Positions 1 to 12,293 of a DNA stretch of 64,000 nucleotides are shown piece after piece; position 1 is the first letter of the stretch, and each line of letters begins with the position of its first letter. Both the position numbers and the translations under genes were made by a program. Location: assembly GCF_001194135.2 (NCBI RefSeq), contig NC_068981.1, positions 42,703,341 to 42,767,340 of the forward strand, written 5' to 3'. The DNA is from Octopus bimaculoides. Lineage: Eukaryota. The notes under the pieces were generated by a model. It worked only from the letters and a program-made list of their open reading frames with translations. It made no database searches and was not told the origin of the DNA.

Positions 1-240
1 GTAAAATACTGTCTATGTGATCTCAAATTTTAAAGCAAACATAATTTTCTTATGGTTTCTTAAACATTCACTTGAACAAAACTGTACAAATCCAAATATA
101 TGGTACCCTAGGCATAACACCTACATGAACTTCTAACTTGTTGTCTCTTGAGGTCTCTGGGTGAGACTTGGATCCAACTTGTACAAATGCAAAACAAAAG
201 TCAAACATAAAATAATAATAATAATAATAACAACAACAAT
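1..240 (+). mobile_element. 3' end of an R4/Dong-like non-LTR retrotransposon (ORF end, 3' UTR, (TAA)n tail)
   Basis: Window opens with GT AAA ATA CTG TCT ATG TGA = (R)KILSM*, matching the GTAHILRKxLS* C-terminus of R4-clade ORFs. About 190 nt of UTR follow, ending in an (AAT)n tail. Family call is by motif recall. Confidence 0.5.
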
Positions 241-395
241 AATAATAAGAAGTAGAAGAAGAAGAAGAAGGAGAAGAAGAAGAAGAAGAAGAAGAAGAAG
301 CAGAAGAAGAAGAAGAAGCAGAAGAAGAAGAAGAAAAGAAGTAGAAGTAGAAGGAGGAGGTGGAGGAAAAGAGGTGAAGAAGGGGAAGGAGAGGA

Positions 396-477
<82 letters not shown>

Positions 478-481
478 AAAC
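208..481. repeat. Compound microsatellite (AAT)n-(GAA)n-(AAT)n-(GAA)n
   Basis: Directly visible; explains the poly-I/R/S/Y/L ORFs at 68-556. Confidence 0.95.
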
Positions 482-1929
482 CATCTTTTTCTCACATTAT
501 TAAGAAAAACCAATACTACAGGCTCACTGACTTCATTACCCTCGCTTAATACTTAAGTATATTTACATCTCTGTCACATCTTTGAAATGTGATTTGCGTA
601 AACTAAATTCTTAATATCTCGTAGTCTGCCGTCAGATATGTCATATTTCCGAACATTTGGAAGATAATTATGTAAATACAGACGAATATAACAGTTTTAC
701 CACACAGTAAAACAGTTTTAAAAAACTTGTAGCCTAATTTTTTTACAGTAAGGACCGTTTTCATGCTGAGTTTAGAATACTTCAATGTCACTACAATGAA
801 CCTTATGAATATCACGTTCACATAATCGCTGGAAATCACTAAATCCAGATAATTTTTAAAGTTCACTACGTGATACACATAAAATATTTCATAAGGATTT
901 ACAAATTTGACTTAAAAGATAAAGTGAAAAGGGAGTGCGCTGATAATAGTGGCTGTTTTGAAAATTGATATGCTTTAGATTGAAAGCAGCGAATGTGTGG
1001 GTATCTATATTGCGAGACCAATGAGCAATAATTTAGATTCTGAAGTTATGCTTTCCAATTTGATTCCCTAATAAAAAACCTCAATTAACATGCAACTTTC
1101 TAAGTTTCTCCTACCACCTTTTTGTCTAATTCAGAAATTTTGTTCAAAAGTCTTTACGTTTCTCTGAACATTTATGCTATTTACAACTTCTTATGAACTG
1201 ATAAAGCAGCAGAAATTTTAAATTGAGGTAAATCAGTTTACAGCTACACGGTCAAAACTTGATACTGACCAATTACCGTCTTGTAGAGAAAGATACGAAA
1301 CAACTTGTCAAACTACATGTTTTCTTTCTATTCTCACAGCGATAAAATATACTTTCACTCCCTTAAACACTTCTTTATATAGCAGCTGAACTTTGCTATT
1401 GATTGGAGAAGGAATCTGGGTCTCTCATATCTGAAGAATAGTTAACAGAACATGAAACAGTCAGTCAGGATACTCTCTGATTTCCTTTCACATCAGTAGC
1501 ATACAAAGAAAGTTTCTAGATTCTTATTTCACTAACAGTCAGATTATCAATATATGCATACATACATGCATACATACATACACATATACACATACACTCA
1601 TACATACAATCATACATACACACAAATACATACATATATGCATACATACGTACATACTTACATACACATCCCACACGAATCTCACTGACATATGTATGTA
1701 TGTTTGCATGTGAGTATGTATTTATGTACGTGTGTTTGTGTGTGAGAATGTATGTTTGTATGCATTTATGTAAGTATGTGTGTATGTATATTTATATTTA
1801 TGAATACTCTGTATCTATACTTTGTATAGATAAAAAAATATCTATAGATGTGTATAGGTGTATATAGAATGGACCAAATGCACAATTCGCGAATTGGCGT
1901 TTTTGCAAGTTTTCTGAGTATGATAAATA

Positions 1930-2179
1930 TTGGGTTGGTGCATAATTATTGCGGCTCTCTTTCAACAAATTTTATTCAACAAAAACAATAACAATATTTA
2001 ACAAAAACATCTTTAAATGACGGTCTGAATGTCTGCCAAGCAAATGGGAAGCAGTAATTGAAATAGACGGTGAATATGCTTCGGAATAATCATTTAAAGA
2101 TGATTTTGTTACATGTTGTTATTGTTTTTGTTGAATAAAATTTGTTTAAAAAAGCCGCAATAATTATGCACCAACCGAA
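1930..2179 (+). mobile_element. Non-autonomous mariner element (MITE), 250 bp, about 90-bp TIRs, TA target duplication
   Basis: TA|TTGGGTTGGTGCATAATTATTGCGGC...GCCGCAATAATTATGCACCAACCGAA|TA. The termini resemble Hsmar1-type TIRs, and the internal LPSKWEAVIEIDGEYASE* matches a mariner transposase C-terminus. Confidence 0.9.
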
Positions 2180-2469
2180 TATACTAATGGTTAACTTATT
2201 ATTGACATAAACAACAACTGTATATATCTGCAATTTTTTAAAAACTCTAATAGATTCTAAAGAAACTTAAAATGAAACTATAGCCAGTTTTCTCCTTATT
2301 CAGTCAGAATGTACATGCATGCGTACTTTTACATGCACATATAGATTTAAACATACGCACACACATAAAACTTAATAGATGATATTTTTCTTGTGCATGG
2401 AATATGCATTAGCGTGTATCCACTTACATTCGTACATACATTCGTACATACATATATACATAAACACAT

Positions 2470-2512
<43 letters not shown>

Positions 2513-2522
2513 NNNNNNNNNN

Positions 2523-2572
<50 letters not shown>

Positions 2573-3136
2573 CATACATATATATGATACGTTACTCATA
2601 TGATGTCAACATGGAAAATTATTCTTAGAGTGGAGCGTTTTGTGATCCAGAGTGCATGTAAAATGGAAGCAAAAATTTACGTGGAAAGAAAACTACTTGT
2701 TTCTTTCATTGCCCAACAATTTTACTCTACATTTAAGTCGATATTTGTATGGTCCTTTGAGATCATGCCGTGGCATCCATGTCTAAATGCCATCTTTCTT
2801 TACTGGCTTTCTATCGATTTTTTGCTGTCTTATTCTGCTACACACTCTTTCTGTCATATTTACTCTCAAAATGCATCTATATGCACTGTGCTACATTATT
2901 CGTATATTTATATACATAAAGTGAATACTTTATTATACGAACACCCATACAAAGACACACGAACCTCATATCCATACAAATACTCACACATGTTTGCGTG
3001 CATGTATGTGTGTGTGTGCGTGTGTTTGTGTGCCTGCGCGTGTTTACATTCAGAAATATATATGAATACAGACATTTATCTGTATAGCATTTTAAAGAGA
3101 AATAGTTAATGTGTATTTCTGACAAAGAAAAGGAAG

Positions 3137-3240
<104 letters not shown>

Positions 3241-3581
3241 AAGACAATAGGATGTATAGGGAAGAAGAAAATTCTTCCGAAGTAGATAAAACTATCGAGA
3301 AATACATATATATATATATACATACAGACGTACACAGACACTCATAACTCATATAAAAATATATGCAGATGTATCCGGTAAATTTCCACACATACTTATT
3401 TTGTTCTCTCTATACAGAAAGAAAAATATGAAAATGGCAAGAAACAGGGAAACTAAAAAATTAGTGAAATAAAATTGGATGGTTAGACTGAGGAACAAAA
3501 TAAACTCTGAAATATCTGTGGGAAAAATGGAATTCCGAAATTATTGCCTTCTTATTATCTAGTATGTTATTTTATTATTAC

Positions 3582-3642
<61 letters not shown>

Positions 3643-4623
3643 CCTATATTTCTATCTATCTATCTATTCATCCCTATTGTAAGTGTCCATGGAAGTATAT
3701 ACATACATACGTACATACATTCATATGTAACTGAATAATGTATGATTCACTACACACGGATATACACTCTCATACACACTGACGCACATTCACACAGCTA
3801 TATAGATAAGTGGAAACAACTGAATAACTGGTGATTCACAAGAGATGCGTGTGTGTGTGAATGTACGTTTGTGCATGTATGCATATTTTACACGCACTAA
3901 TCTTCGTATCTTTTCATCTATCTATTTACCTATCTGTATTTTCATATTAACTCCTCGTATTTACTGATTTCGACAAGCTATCTTCTTTTTTATTTATGTT
4001 CCTTTTTGAAAACATTCTTAAAGGTTGCAAAGCATATCCTCTATTTATGATTTTTATATCTTCATTTCTTCGTAGAAATCCTTCCATTCAATATGGATAG
4101 AGGTTATTTATTGCTCATTGTTTTTTCTCGTATTTTTTCAACAAAATTTCTTTCGCATAATAAAATTTTAATAAAAAAAATGAAAACAGATACGAATATT
4201 TAAGCGAAATATATACCTTCACTGCATTTAATTGTATATTTTTATTATTTTTTTTTCATAAAATAGAGTTTTAAAAGTTAGTAATTGCTTAAAGTTTTGC
4301 TTGAAATCTTTCACTTTTTAATGTTATAGTGAATATGCGATACATTTGTAACCTTTTACAAATAAATAATAACCTTGTTAACAATAATAATGGTTTTGTT
4401 GCATTAGCTCGAAGTCATATATTTTGCAAAGAAAGAATTGTTGGCAAACGTATAGAAGATCGCCTGAGTTCTGGTAGTTTATTTTCATCAAAGCAATAAA
4501 CACGACAGGCGTCAGGATGTTCCACAACCCAAGCTTGTCGAACAATGTACACAATTTTGCCTCAGCAGGCAATGTTCAATCTTAGAATGTGTGCCTTCTT
4601 CTTGCTGCCTTACTATGTGAATT

Positions 4624-4700
4624 TCTTCTCCGACCTCTATATTCTGCAATCTCTTCTCCAACCTCTATAATCTGCAATCTCTTCTCCAAACCTTACAATA
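4624..4700. repeat. 28-bp tandem repeat, about 2.5 copies
   Basis: TCTTCTCCRACCTCTATAWTCTGCAATC at 4624 and 4652, partial at 4680. Confidence 0.85.
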
Positions 4701-4845
4701 TACAGTGACCTCTTAATTTAGCGTTCTAGATGTTTTTTTTTCCTAATGAGTAATGCTGACCTGACAATAAGGATAAAAATAAATTCGACTTCAGTGGAAT
4801 TTGAGCAGAAAAAGTTAATATCTGTACCTAAATATTATAATCCCT

Positions 4846-4891
4846 TTGTCCCAACGTATTCATTCGACTTGTCCCAACGTATACATTCGAC
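4846..4891. repeat. 23-bp tandem duplication
   Basis: TTGTCCCAACGTATWCATTCGAC twice, one mismatch. Confidence 0.9.
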
Positions 4892-5194
4892 AACAGATTT
4901 CTCTTATTGAAACAAGAACAGAAGACTGTATAGAAGGAATGTACGTGACTGAAGTGAATCTTACATATTATTTTACTAATTCAATATAGATGAAAGCTAA
5001 AATTGTACCTGATGATATTTGAAATTAAAACAGAGTCATGAAATTGCAAAAACACAAACATTAGGCACTATTAGAGCAATAATTAAAGAACAAATTCCTG
5101 AACCATCATACGAATGAGTGGACTAAGCTACCAGTCCACTGTTATAGCGAGGAGAAATTGAGAATCCTTCCTTCAAGAATGTATACATACTTAC

Positions 5195-5229
5195 CTTTAA
5201 GTATGTATGAGTTTTGATAAGTTCGTTTG
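5195..5229 (-). CDS. Candidate 35-nt internal exon, product unknown
   Basis: Minus strand: ttccatttctctccacag|CAAACG...TTAAAG|gtaagt. Near-consensus acceptor and donor; open in two phases (xNELIKTHTYLK or KRTYQNSYILK). No homology recognised. Confidence 0.3.
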
Positions 5230-5341
5230 CTGTGGAGAGAAATGGAATCAGTCCGACATTTCACAATTAATCATTTGAGAAATAAACTCATTTATTCAAT
5301 ATATTACATGCGGCGCCCCAGCATGTCTGCANNNNNNNNNN

Positions 5342-5381
<40 letters not shown>

Positions 5382-5899
5382 ACCTACACCATTATTCGTT
5401 TTGTCAAGTAAACGTAGCTCCATCATTTTTAGAATAGAATAATCAATTGGTTAATTCTCCACAATGTTAAATCTTTCTATCTCTATAATTTAATTGCTTC
5501 TGTATTTAAACTAAACGTATTGCCTTCCTGCAAAATATAAATATTTCGGAGAAACCTGACGAACACGAACTATTCATATCAAAACTATAATTGTAGGATA
5601 GATTTAAACTCATCAATATCATATCATGAAACCCGCACGACTTTTCATTATCAAGGTTATGGTGATGTATTCCGTTACATTAGTGAGTGGTGTCAACTTG
5701 TAGCATTTTACAGCTAAGTCGATTCGGCCAATTATAATTAAGTGTCTTTATAATGGAAGGAAAATGATCGCTATAGGATAATGTAGCATGCATAGTTTTA
5801 CATTTCTCCAACTGTGACAATTTACTCATAACATTAATGAGTAATAGCAGCTCATCAAAGTATTACAGCTAAACTAAATGGACCATTTAAAACTTAAAT

Positions 5900-6542
5900 A
5901 TTGCAAAATGAGCAAAACCTGAATGTTATTACCTAGTGAACTGGAATTCTGTCTCAGTTTTAATTCCTCGATGTAAGAGGAATTAAGAAATTTCCTCACC
6001 CCTTCAACAATAAAACGTTACCGCTTGAGGAAGGCAAAAACATATTGGATGAAATATTTTGACACATCCACAAAATAAAGTTCNNNNNNNNNNNNNNNNN
6101 NNNNNNNNNNNNNNNNNNNNNNNNNNNNNNNNNNNNNNNNNNNNNNNNNNNNNNNNNNNNNNNNNNNNNNNNNNNNNNNNNNNNNNNNNNNNNNNNNNNN
6201 NNNNNNNNNNNNNNNNNNNNNNNNNNNNNNNNNNNNNNNNNNNNNNNNNNNNNNNNNNNNNNNNNNNNNNNNNNNNNNNNNNNNNNNNNNNNNNNNNNNN
6301 NNNNNNNNNNNNNNNNNNNNNNNNNNNNNNNNNNNNNNNNNNNNNNNNNNNNNNNNNNATTGCAAAATGAGCAAAACCTGAATGTTATTACCTAGTGAAC
6401 TGGAATTCTGTCTCAGTTTTAATTCCTCGATGTAAGAGGAATTAAGAAATTTCCTCACCCCTTCAACAATAAAACGTTACCGCTTGAGGAAGGCAAAAAC
6501 ATATTGGATGAAATATTTTGACACATCCACAAAATAAAGTTC
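5900..6542. repeat. Identical 184-bp direct repeat flanking an N-gap (probable unmerged contig overlap)
   Basis: 5900-6083 equals 6359-6542, separated only by Ns. Confidence 0.85.
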
Positions 6543-6599
6543 CGATCATAGCTGAATGAACATATGTCAGTTAAATCAGGATTAACTCGATGTTAAACA

Positions 6600-7500
6600 A
6601 GCACCATTCTGAAAACGGGAAAATCACTACAATTTGAAGGATCTACAAAGTAAAGTACTATTAAACACAGTCACTACTTTCCATTGCATATTCCCTAACA
6701 TTTTGGAAAGAATAACTTTTCCTATAACTATCTCCGAATCGGTTTCAGGCCGTTACACTCAACTCTACAATATACAACTCAAATTTAACACAGAAGAATC
6801 CGTGACACTCACTACCCTGTACAAAGTACTGAACAACTAAGATACAATACAAAACGCTGCTAAAACGCTGCTAATTACATTTATGTCACCACGTTCTTCG
6901 CAATAAACCACACTGAGCTATAAGGAACAATAGACGTTACATTTCTTATTGTTACAGACTGTATACAGCACAATCACAGACCAGATACTTAGCAAAACAA
7001 ACACCAAAATTGAAAGGTTATTCAGACGTGCAAGAGGCGCAATTTGTTGTCATAGCAACCTCAACCCTCACATCTTGAAAATTTTCCTAATCGTGCTCTA
7101 GTCAAGTACAGGAGTTCGCCCCTACAGGCTATGCTGTGTTTACCTTTCAGTATTTTTTTCCATACAAAAATTAATCGGACGACAGTAGAAAGAATGTAAA
7201 ATGCTTATATTATCATTTTGCACTCCATACGATTCATCACTACTTATTGGATTGTGAAGTAGAATCCTCCTCTATGCGGAGCCATCACACATCTAACTAT
7301 AATTACCAAACCTTGTTTTGTCATCTTATTTTGAAGCATGGATTTATTCGAACAGAGATGATTTTAGGGCTACGCCTTAACAACAACCGCAACTGTAAGT
7401 ACACGATATCTGTTTCCTGACCGACGTTCTCTGTTTTATATTCAAACACTGCACTACCTCAATTAAAGCTTTCAATGTCAATAGTACATCTTAAACTTCA
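6600..7500 (+). mobile_element. Highly decayed LINE relic (CR1/Jockey-group RT C-terminal region)
   Basis: Patches such as IQLKFNTEES (compare LKxNxxKT) and RPYRLCCVY (compare RPxLxYxxxVW); many stops. Confidence 0.3.
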
Positions 7501-8404
7501 CAAACAATCCTAGTGAAAACATATTAAAAGCATTACAAAATAACACAAATAAAGTTTTGTCCTGCGTCTTGAAGACTAGTTTTTCGATTCAGATCCATAA
7601 CATACGATATCGAACAAACGTTAAGTAGGACCTACAGTGGAATAATGACCCCAAATCTGAGTCTTTGTCACAGCCAAAAACATATAACTATCATAGATTG
7701 CATGCAAAAGAAAATCCATCCAGTTTGATTTATTCACAAACCACATCAGCATCTAACCTACAAACGTGTTACCTTTTTTTCACTATTTCTTTTCCTACAG
7801 TCTTTCAGCAATCGTTGATTTTTAGATCAATCTATTTGCATACCACCTCTATCGAAGTCTACTCCAAATGTCCGTCTCTTCTCTTAGTGTCTCCTATACT
7901 GTGTTCTATGACAGATTTTAAGTACTCACTCTTCAAGAGTATCATGACTTTGTAATCTAATTACATTCTCCAACGTATCGATTCGACCTCTGTCCAAGGG
8001 GTAGCATGATGGTCGTGGATATAGTGCGTTTATCTCGGTTGAATTGCAGAAAGGAAAATTTCAATAAAATGTAGATTAAAAAAAAAAAAACCGTTCATTT
8101 GGTCTTTCAAAAATGTACTACATAATTGTGGTCCAACTACTCGTTATTTTAATGGGGTTTTTTTTTCCATTGAAAGGATGTTCTTGAAGAGGAGGCGTAA
8201 TACAACTAATTATAGACAGCTGAACTGACACAATGTGTCACTGTGACGCTCTATTCATGTGTCTGTTGCAAGCACGTTTGCATAAAGGGTTTCTTGGCGT
8301 AAACACATACCTCCATGCTTGTGCAAGTAGTAAAATGTAATAAAATATTACTACTAAAGATAGAAAAAGTAAATGTAAATTAGAAGGTACATGTAAATAC
8401 AAAC

Positions 8405-8431
8405 CTGTGGATAATTCCTGGTAATAGCTTT
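8405..8431 (-). CDS. Candidate 27-nt micro-exon, product unknown
   Basis: Minus strand: tttttgtggtatcttttcag|AAAGCTATTACCAGGAATTATCCACAG|gtttgt. Frame-preserving and open in all phases. Confidence 0.25.
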
Positions 8432-9047
8432 CTGAAAAGATACCACAAAAAATATTTTGCAATATTATATTTCTCTTGTAAATATGCAGCTAATATATTT
8501 TCTCTTTTGTTCATCATTTAAGGCCTCAGTTGAAATGCAATTTGGCACTTCAATATAGCCGCTAATTCCTATATAATGCTTTCATAATATTCTTGATGTA
8601 AATTATATTTGAAGTTCACTGTAGAAGGAAAGGACGTAGATACGTAGATGTCAGCGGAGGCATTTCCTTTGGTATGTATAAGGGTTAAAAGTCGACATTC
8701 TTCCACCTTATAGTCATGTAATAGAATATAGCATGATATGGAAAAGTTAACAGGTTACTTAAGAAAGAAGAGAAAATATCAGGGAGTTGAGAATATGCTG
8801 TCTCAAAGAATAGATAATACAGCGTTTTATTAACTGTTGAATGATTCATTTCTTGCATTTATGAAACAGAAAAAAAGTTGGATGGGAAAAGAATACGTCA
8901 TCTTAGTGGATCTCATTTCAAACAATTGACTGCAACTTGCAACTAAAAGATAACAGCATTTGTTGTTAATTCTTTACATTCTTAGTGTAGTGCACCCCAT
9001 CTTTGATTCTATAGAAATCTGGGTTTTTTTTACAAATAACCCCTTAC

Positions 9048-9111
9048 ATTCGCCGCCATTTGATGACATTTGCTTCCAGTACATCATTCTATAAGATATG
9101 TCACTGTAGAC
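9048..9111 (-). CDS. Candidate 64-nt exon (VYSDISYRMMYWKQMSSNGGE), product unknown
   Basis: Minus strand: tttgaattttcag|GTCTAC...GGCGAAT|gtaagg. Only phase 0 is open. Confidence 0.25.
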
Positions 9112-9160
9112 CTGAAAATTCAAATATTTACACAATTTTCATGTCATGTTTATTTATGCA

Positions 9161-9162
<2 letters not shown>

Positions 9163-9250
<88 letters not shown>
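9163..9250. repeat. (CT)n microsatellite
   Basis: Directly visible. Confidence 0.95.
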
Positions 9251-9251
<1 letters not shown>

Positions 9252-9315
9252 ATCTCTCTCTATTTCTATCTTTCTATCTATATCCATCTCTATCTCTGTA
9301 CAAATATGCATATAT

Positions 9316-9645
9316 GGGCGCAAGTGTGGAAGTCTGATAAGAATTTTACTTTTCTATCTCATAGTTCCGGGTTCACTCCCTCTGCAGATGTCTTCTGTTA
9401 TATTACCGGACCGACCAAAGTCTTATATGTGGATTTAGTAGACAGAAACTGAAAGAAACCCGTTTCATATACAGACAAATACACATATATGTGTGTATCC
9501 TAGTGGTCGTTCCTCACTGTCTCTTGTTTACCGATATTGCTTTTTTGTTTTTGTCCATGTAACTTAACGTTTCGGCAAATGAGATCTATCTGGATTTTTA
9601 AAAAATAAGTACTGGGTAGGGCTCATTTTCATAGACTAAAAGTTC
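9316..9645 (+). mobile_element. Decayed tRNA-derived SINE, family B
   Basis: GGGCGCAAGTGTGG head, GTTCCGGGTTCACTCCC B-box and GACCGACCAAAG...GAAACTGAAAGAAACCCG body, shared with the copies at 17916 and 55600. Confidence 0.7.
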
Positions 9646-9654
9646 GGCAATTGT

Positions 9655-10470
9655 CTAAGTAAAGATACAATCAGCTGTGCCCTTGGAGGAGGGAAAACCA
9701 CATTGATACTCAGACACCGTATTTGGAACTATGAAAGTATATAAACGTTCTAACGGAATGCGGACAACTACCTTTCCAACTACAGACAAAAGCGAAATCC
9801 CACGAAAATTACCACACAAATCCTTTGGACCCGGTTTATACAAGCAGATTAAAATGGCATCAATCCAGCCTTGAGGCACTTCCTCAGTTCTGTGTTCCAT
9901 TTTTTCTATCAGCCTCATGTCAATGATGATGGTCTGTTCGAAAGTGCAGAAACATGTTTTACCCAGTGTTTATGAATGGAAGCTGTGTCAGTCAAAAGCA
10001 AATGTCCATTTGCTGTTCTCACTGGAGTTATTGAAGAAGATTTTGGGCCATATACCTCCTTAACATAAGAGTACAAACCCTCGGCATCATTTCTATCAGC
10101 TACTGCTTGTGCCCCTTTTATCCTGTAATTCCACAATTCCTCTTTAATTTTCCCTAGAGTAGCGTGCACTTTCCCATTCAGCTTTCTGTATGCATCGTTT
10201 GACTTGGGGTTCAAGGACTTAGAAGGAAATGTTTTGCCTAAGTTTTGTTTTATTAAAAGTAGATCATGAATTTTGGGTGATTTGTCTGAAAACCAGTCGC
10301 TGGAATTAGGCAATTTAAATCCCACTGAAGAACTTGCAGCCTGCAATAATTTTGTTTTGAAATCTTTCCATAGATTGTTTGGATCAAGATTTATACTTTC
10401 TATAGCGTCGTGAAATCTTTGTAAGTTGCTTGACAATTTGAAGTTTGCAACATATTACTTTTTCGGTACT
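9655..10470 (-). mobile_element. RTE-clade LINE fragment (EN-RT linker and RT N-terminus) with internal deletion
   Basis: DWFSDK, YSYVKEVYGP and HWVKHVSALSNRPS, then VPQGWIDAILICLYK...CGNFRGISLLSVVGKV...EYQCGF...GTADCIFT, which are typical RTE motifs. Truncated at both ends. Confidence 0.9.
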
Positions 10471-10616
10471 TTGTTTTCCATTTTCTCTCTCGTTATTTGC
10501 GTATTTAACTCATTTGTTTTCGTATTTCCTGTTGTTTATTGTTGGTGACGTCCTGTGCCCATAATGCATATATATATTATATTATATATATAATGATTGA
10601 TACAGTAGATGGAGTC

Positions 10617-10656
10617 TAACCAGAAGCTTTATATATATATATAAAGCTTCTGGTTA
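10617..10656. repeat. Perfect 40-bp palindrome
   Basis: TAACCAGAAGCTTT-ATATATATATAT-AAAGCTTCTGGTTA is fully self-complementary. Confidence 0.95.
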
Positions 10657-10876
10657 TATATACACACACACATATATATGTTTATATGTGTGTATATATA
10701 CACATACATTTATTCATTATTTTCTTTCGTCAGTGTATGCTATTTTAGTTTTAAACCCATCTAACATCCCAATGCTCTCATTTACCTACACACTCATGTC
10801 TACGCTTAGCTTATACACCTTTTGTGTTAGAATACTGCATTCATTTAAAATGTTGTCGTTTTTGTTGTTGCTGTTA

Positions 10877-10942
10877 TAGTAGTAGTAGTAGTAGTAGTAG
10901 CAGCAGCAGCAATAGTAATAGTAGTAGTAGTAGTAGTAGTAG

Positions 10943-11009
<67 letters not shown>

Positions 11010-11033
11010 GTCATTATTATTTATTATTATTAC
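10877..11033. repeat. Compound (TAG)n/(TAC)n/(TAT)n microsatellite at the tail of an R4-like LINE
   Basis: Directly visible; (GTA)n switches to its reverse complement (CTA)n at about 10943. Confidence 0.9.
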
Positions 11034-11039
11034 ATGATG

Positions 11040-11700
11040 AAAAATCTCAGCCGTATTTTGTTGGGTATGATGGAAAGTGTCAACTGTCCACAGCCAGCAG
11101 ACTAAGGTGACACTTGTTTATTAATCATACTTCAAGAACCCTGACGAAGGTCATGATGATTTTTGTATGTGTTCCAACCTTTTGGGTACAGATACTCCCG
11201 TTTGCGCCAATCACTATTGATATCACGTCCACTTTCTTTATTGCCCACAACCCGCGTAATTTCCACTTCAATCTATGATAGTTGTTCACTTTTCCTTCTT
11301 TCTGTTCAATCCTATTGTCATTAGGACATGCTATGTTAATTATCAGGCATGGCTGTTTTCTTTTCTGTTCATTACAGCTATTTTCTATGCATAATCTGAT
11401 GGTTACAATGAATCTTTGCATCCCACGTGATTTTGCAATCCTCATTCTCAATTACTTCTTGGATTTGGTCATACCACGTCTTTGATCTTTCTTGGCCATA
11501 ATTTCCACAAAGCTCTGAATACTCCAATGGATTATACTTACCACATTGTCATGCTGCCTATTGTATTCACGTTGTGTCAATTTTTTGCATTCACTAACAA
11601 TGCGCTATACAGTTTCATCCTTCCCACCAATATTCTGCATTTGTTGCTCGTAGTTGTCTTATCAATTCTGCGTTTCATATAGTTTGTACTCAGTGCTTAT
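11040..11700 (-). mobile_element. R4/Dong-like RLE retrotransposon 3' fragment (zinc knuckle and RLE, decayed)
   Basis: ALSTNYMKRRIDKTTTSNKCRI, CKITWD, and CLIINIACPNDNRIEQKE...LWAIKKVDVISIVIGA match R4-clade CCHC and RLE regions; followed by a (TAA)n tail. Confidence 0.85.
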
Positions 11701-12238
11701 TTACATCAAATAACATAAAAATAAACAAGCTTTAGACAGTGTTATAGATATTTCAAAATTATGTTGCTATGATGCTAAGTGTTTCTATTATTTTGTCCAG
11801 CTCCTGTATGTATATACACTTATAGTTATATATATGCATATATTTATGCATGTGTTTGTATGTATATACGTGCATGCGTAAACTGATCATACATAAAACA
11901 TAAGGTGCATCTGAAATCGTTGAATCGTGACATTTATTAATAATATAAAAAAAAACTAATTAGAAATTATTTGTAGGTATGACTAGTGGCTATATGAAAC
12001 ATAAACAGAAAGAATGAATCGCGAATATACCCATTAAAAGAAAAATTATATTGTGTATTTGTGTCACTGTAAATCTCTAAATAGGTAGATGTTTTTCGTT
12101 TTCAGTTGCAAAAACTTCTCCGGTACAAAAAAGGGCCAGGTTCCTTGCAATAAATAACAGTTTGTTACGAAGGTCGTAATATGAGGAACCGGTAGATGTG
12201 TGAGAGAAACAAGAAAGAAACAAGGAGAGAAAGAGAGA

Positions 12239-12293
<55 letters not shown>

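Noticed and set aside
68-556. ORFs with poly-S/Y/R/I/L
   Set aside because: Translations of (AAT)n/(GAA)n microsatellites.
12106-12191. Candidate exon after ttttcgttttcag
   Set aside because: All three frames hit stops before the donor; it could only be non-coding or terminal, with no support.
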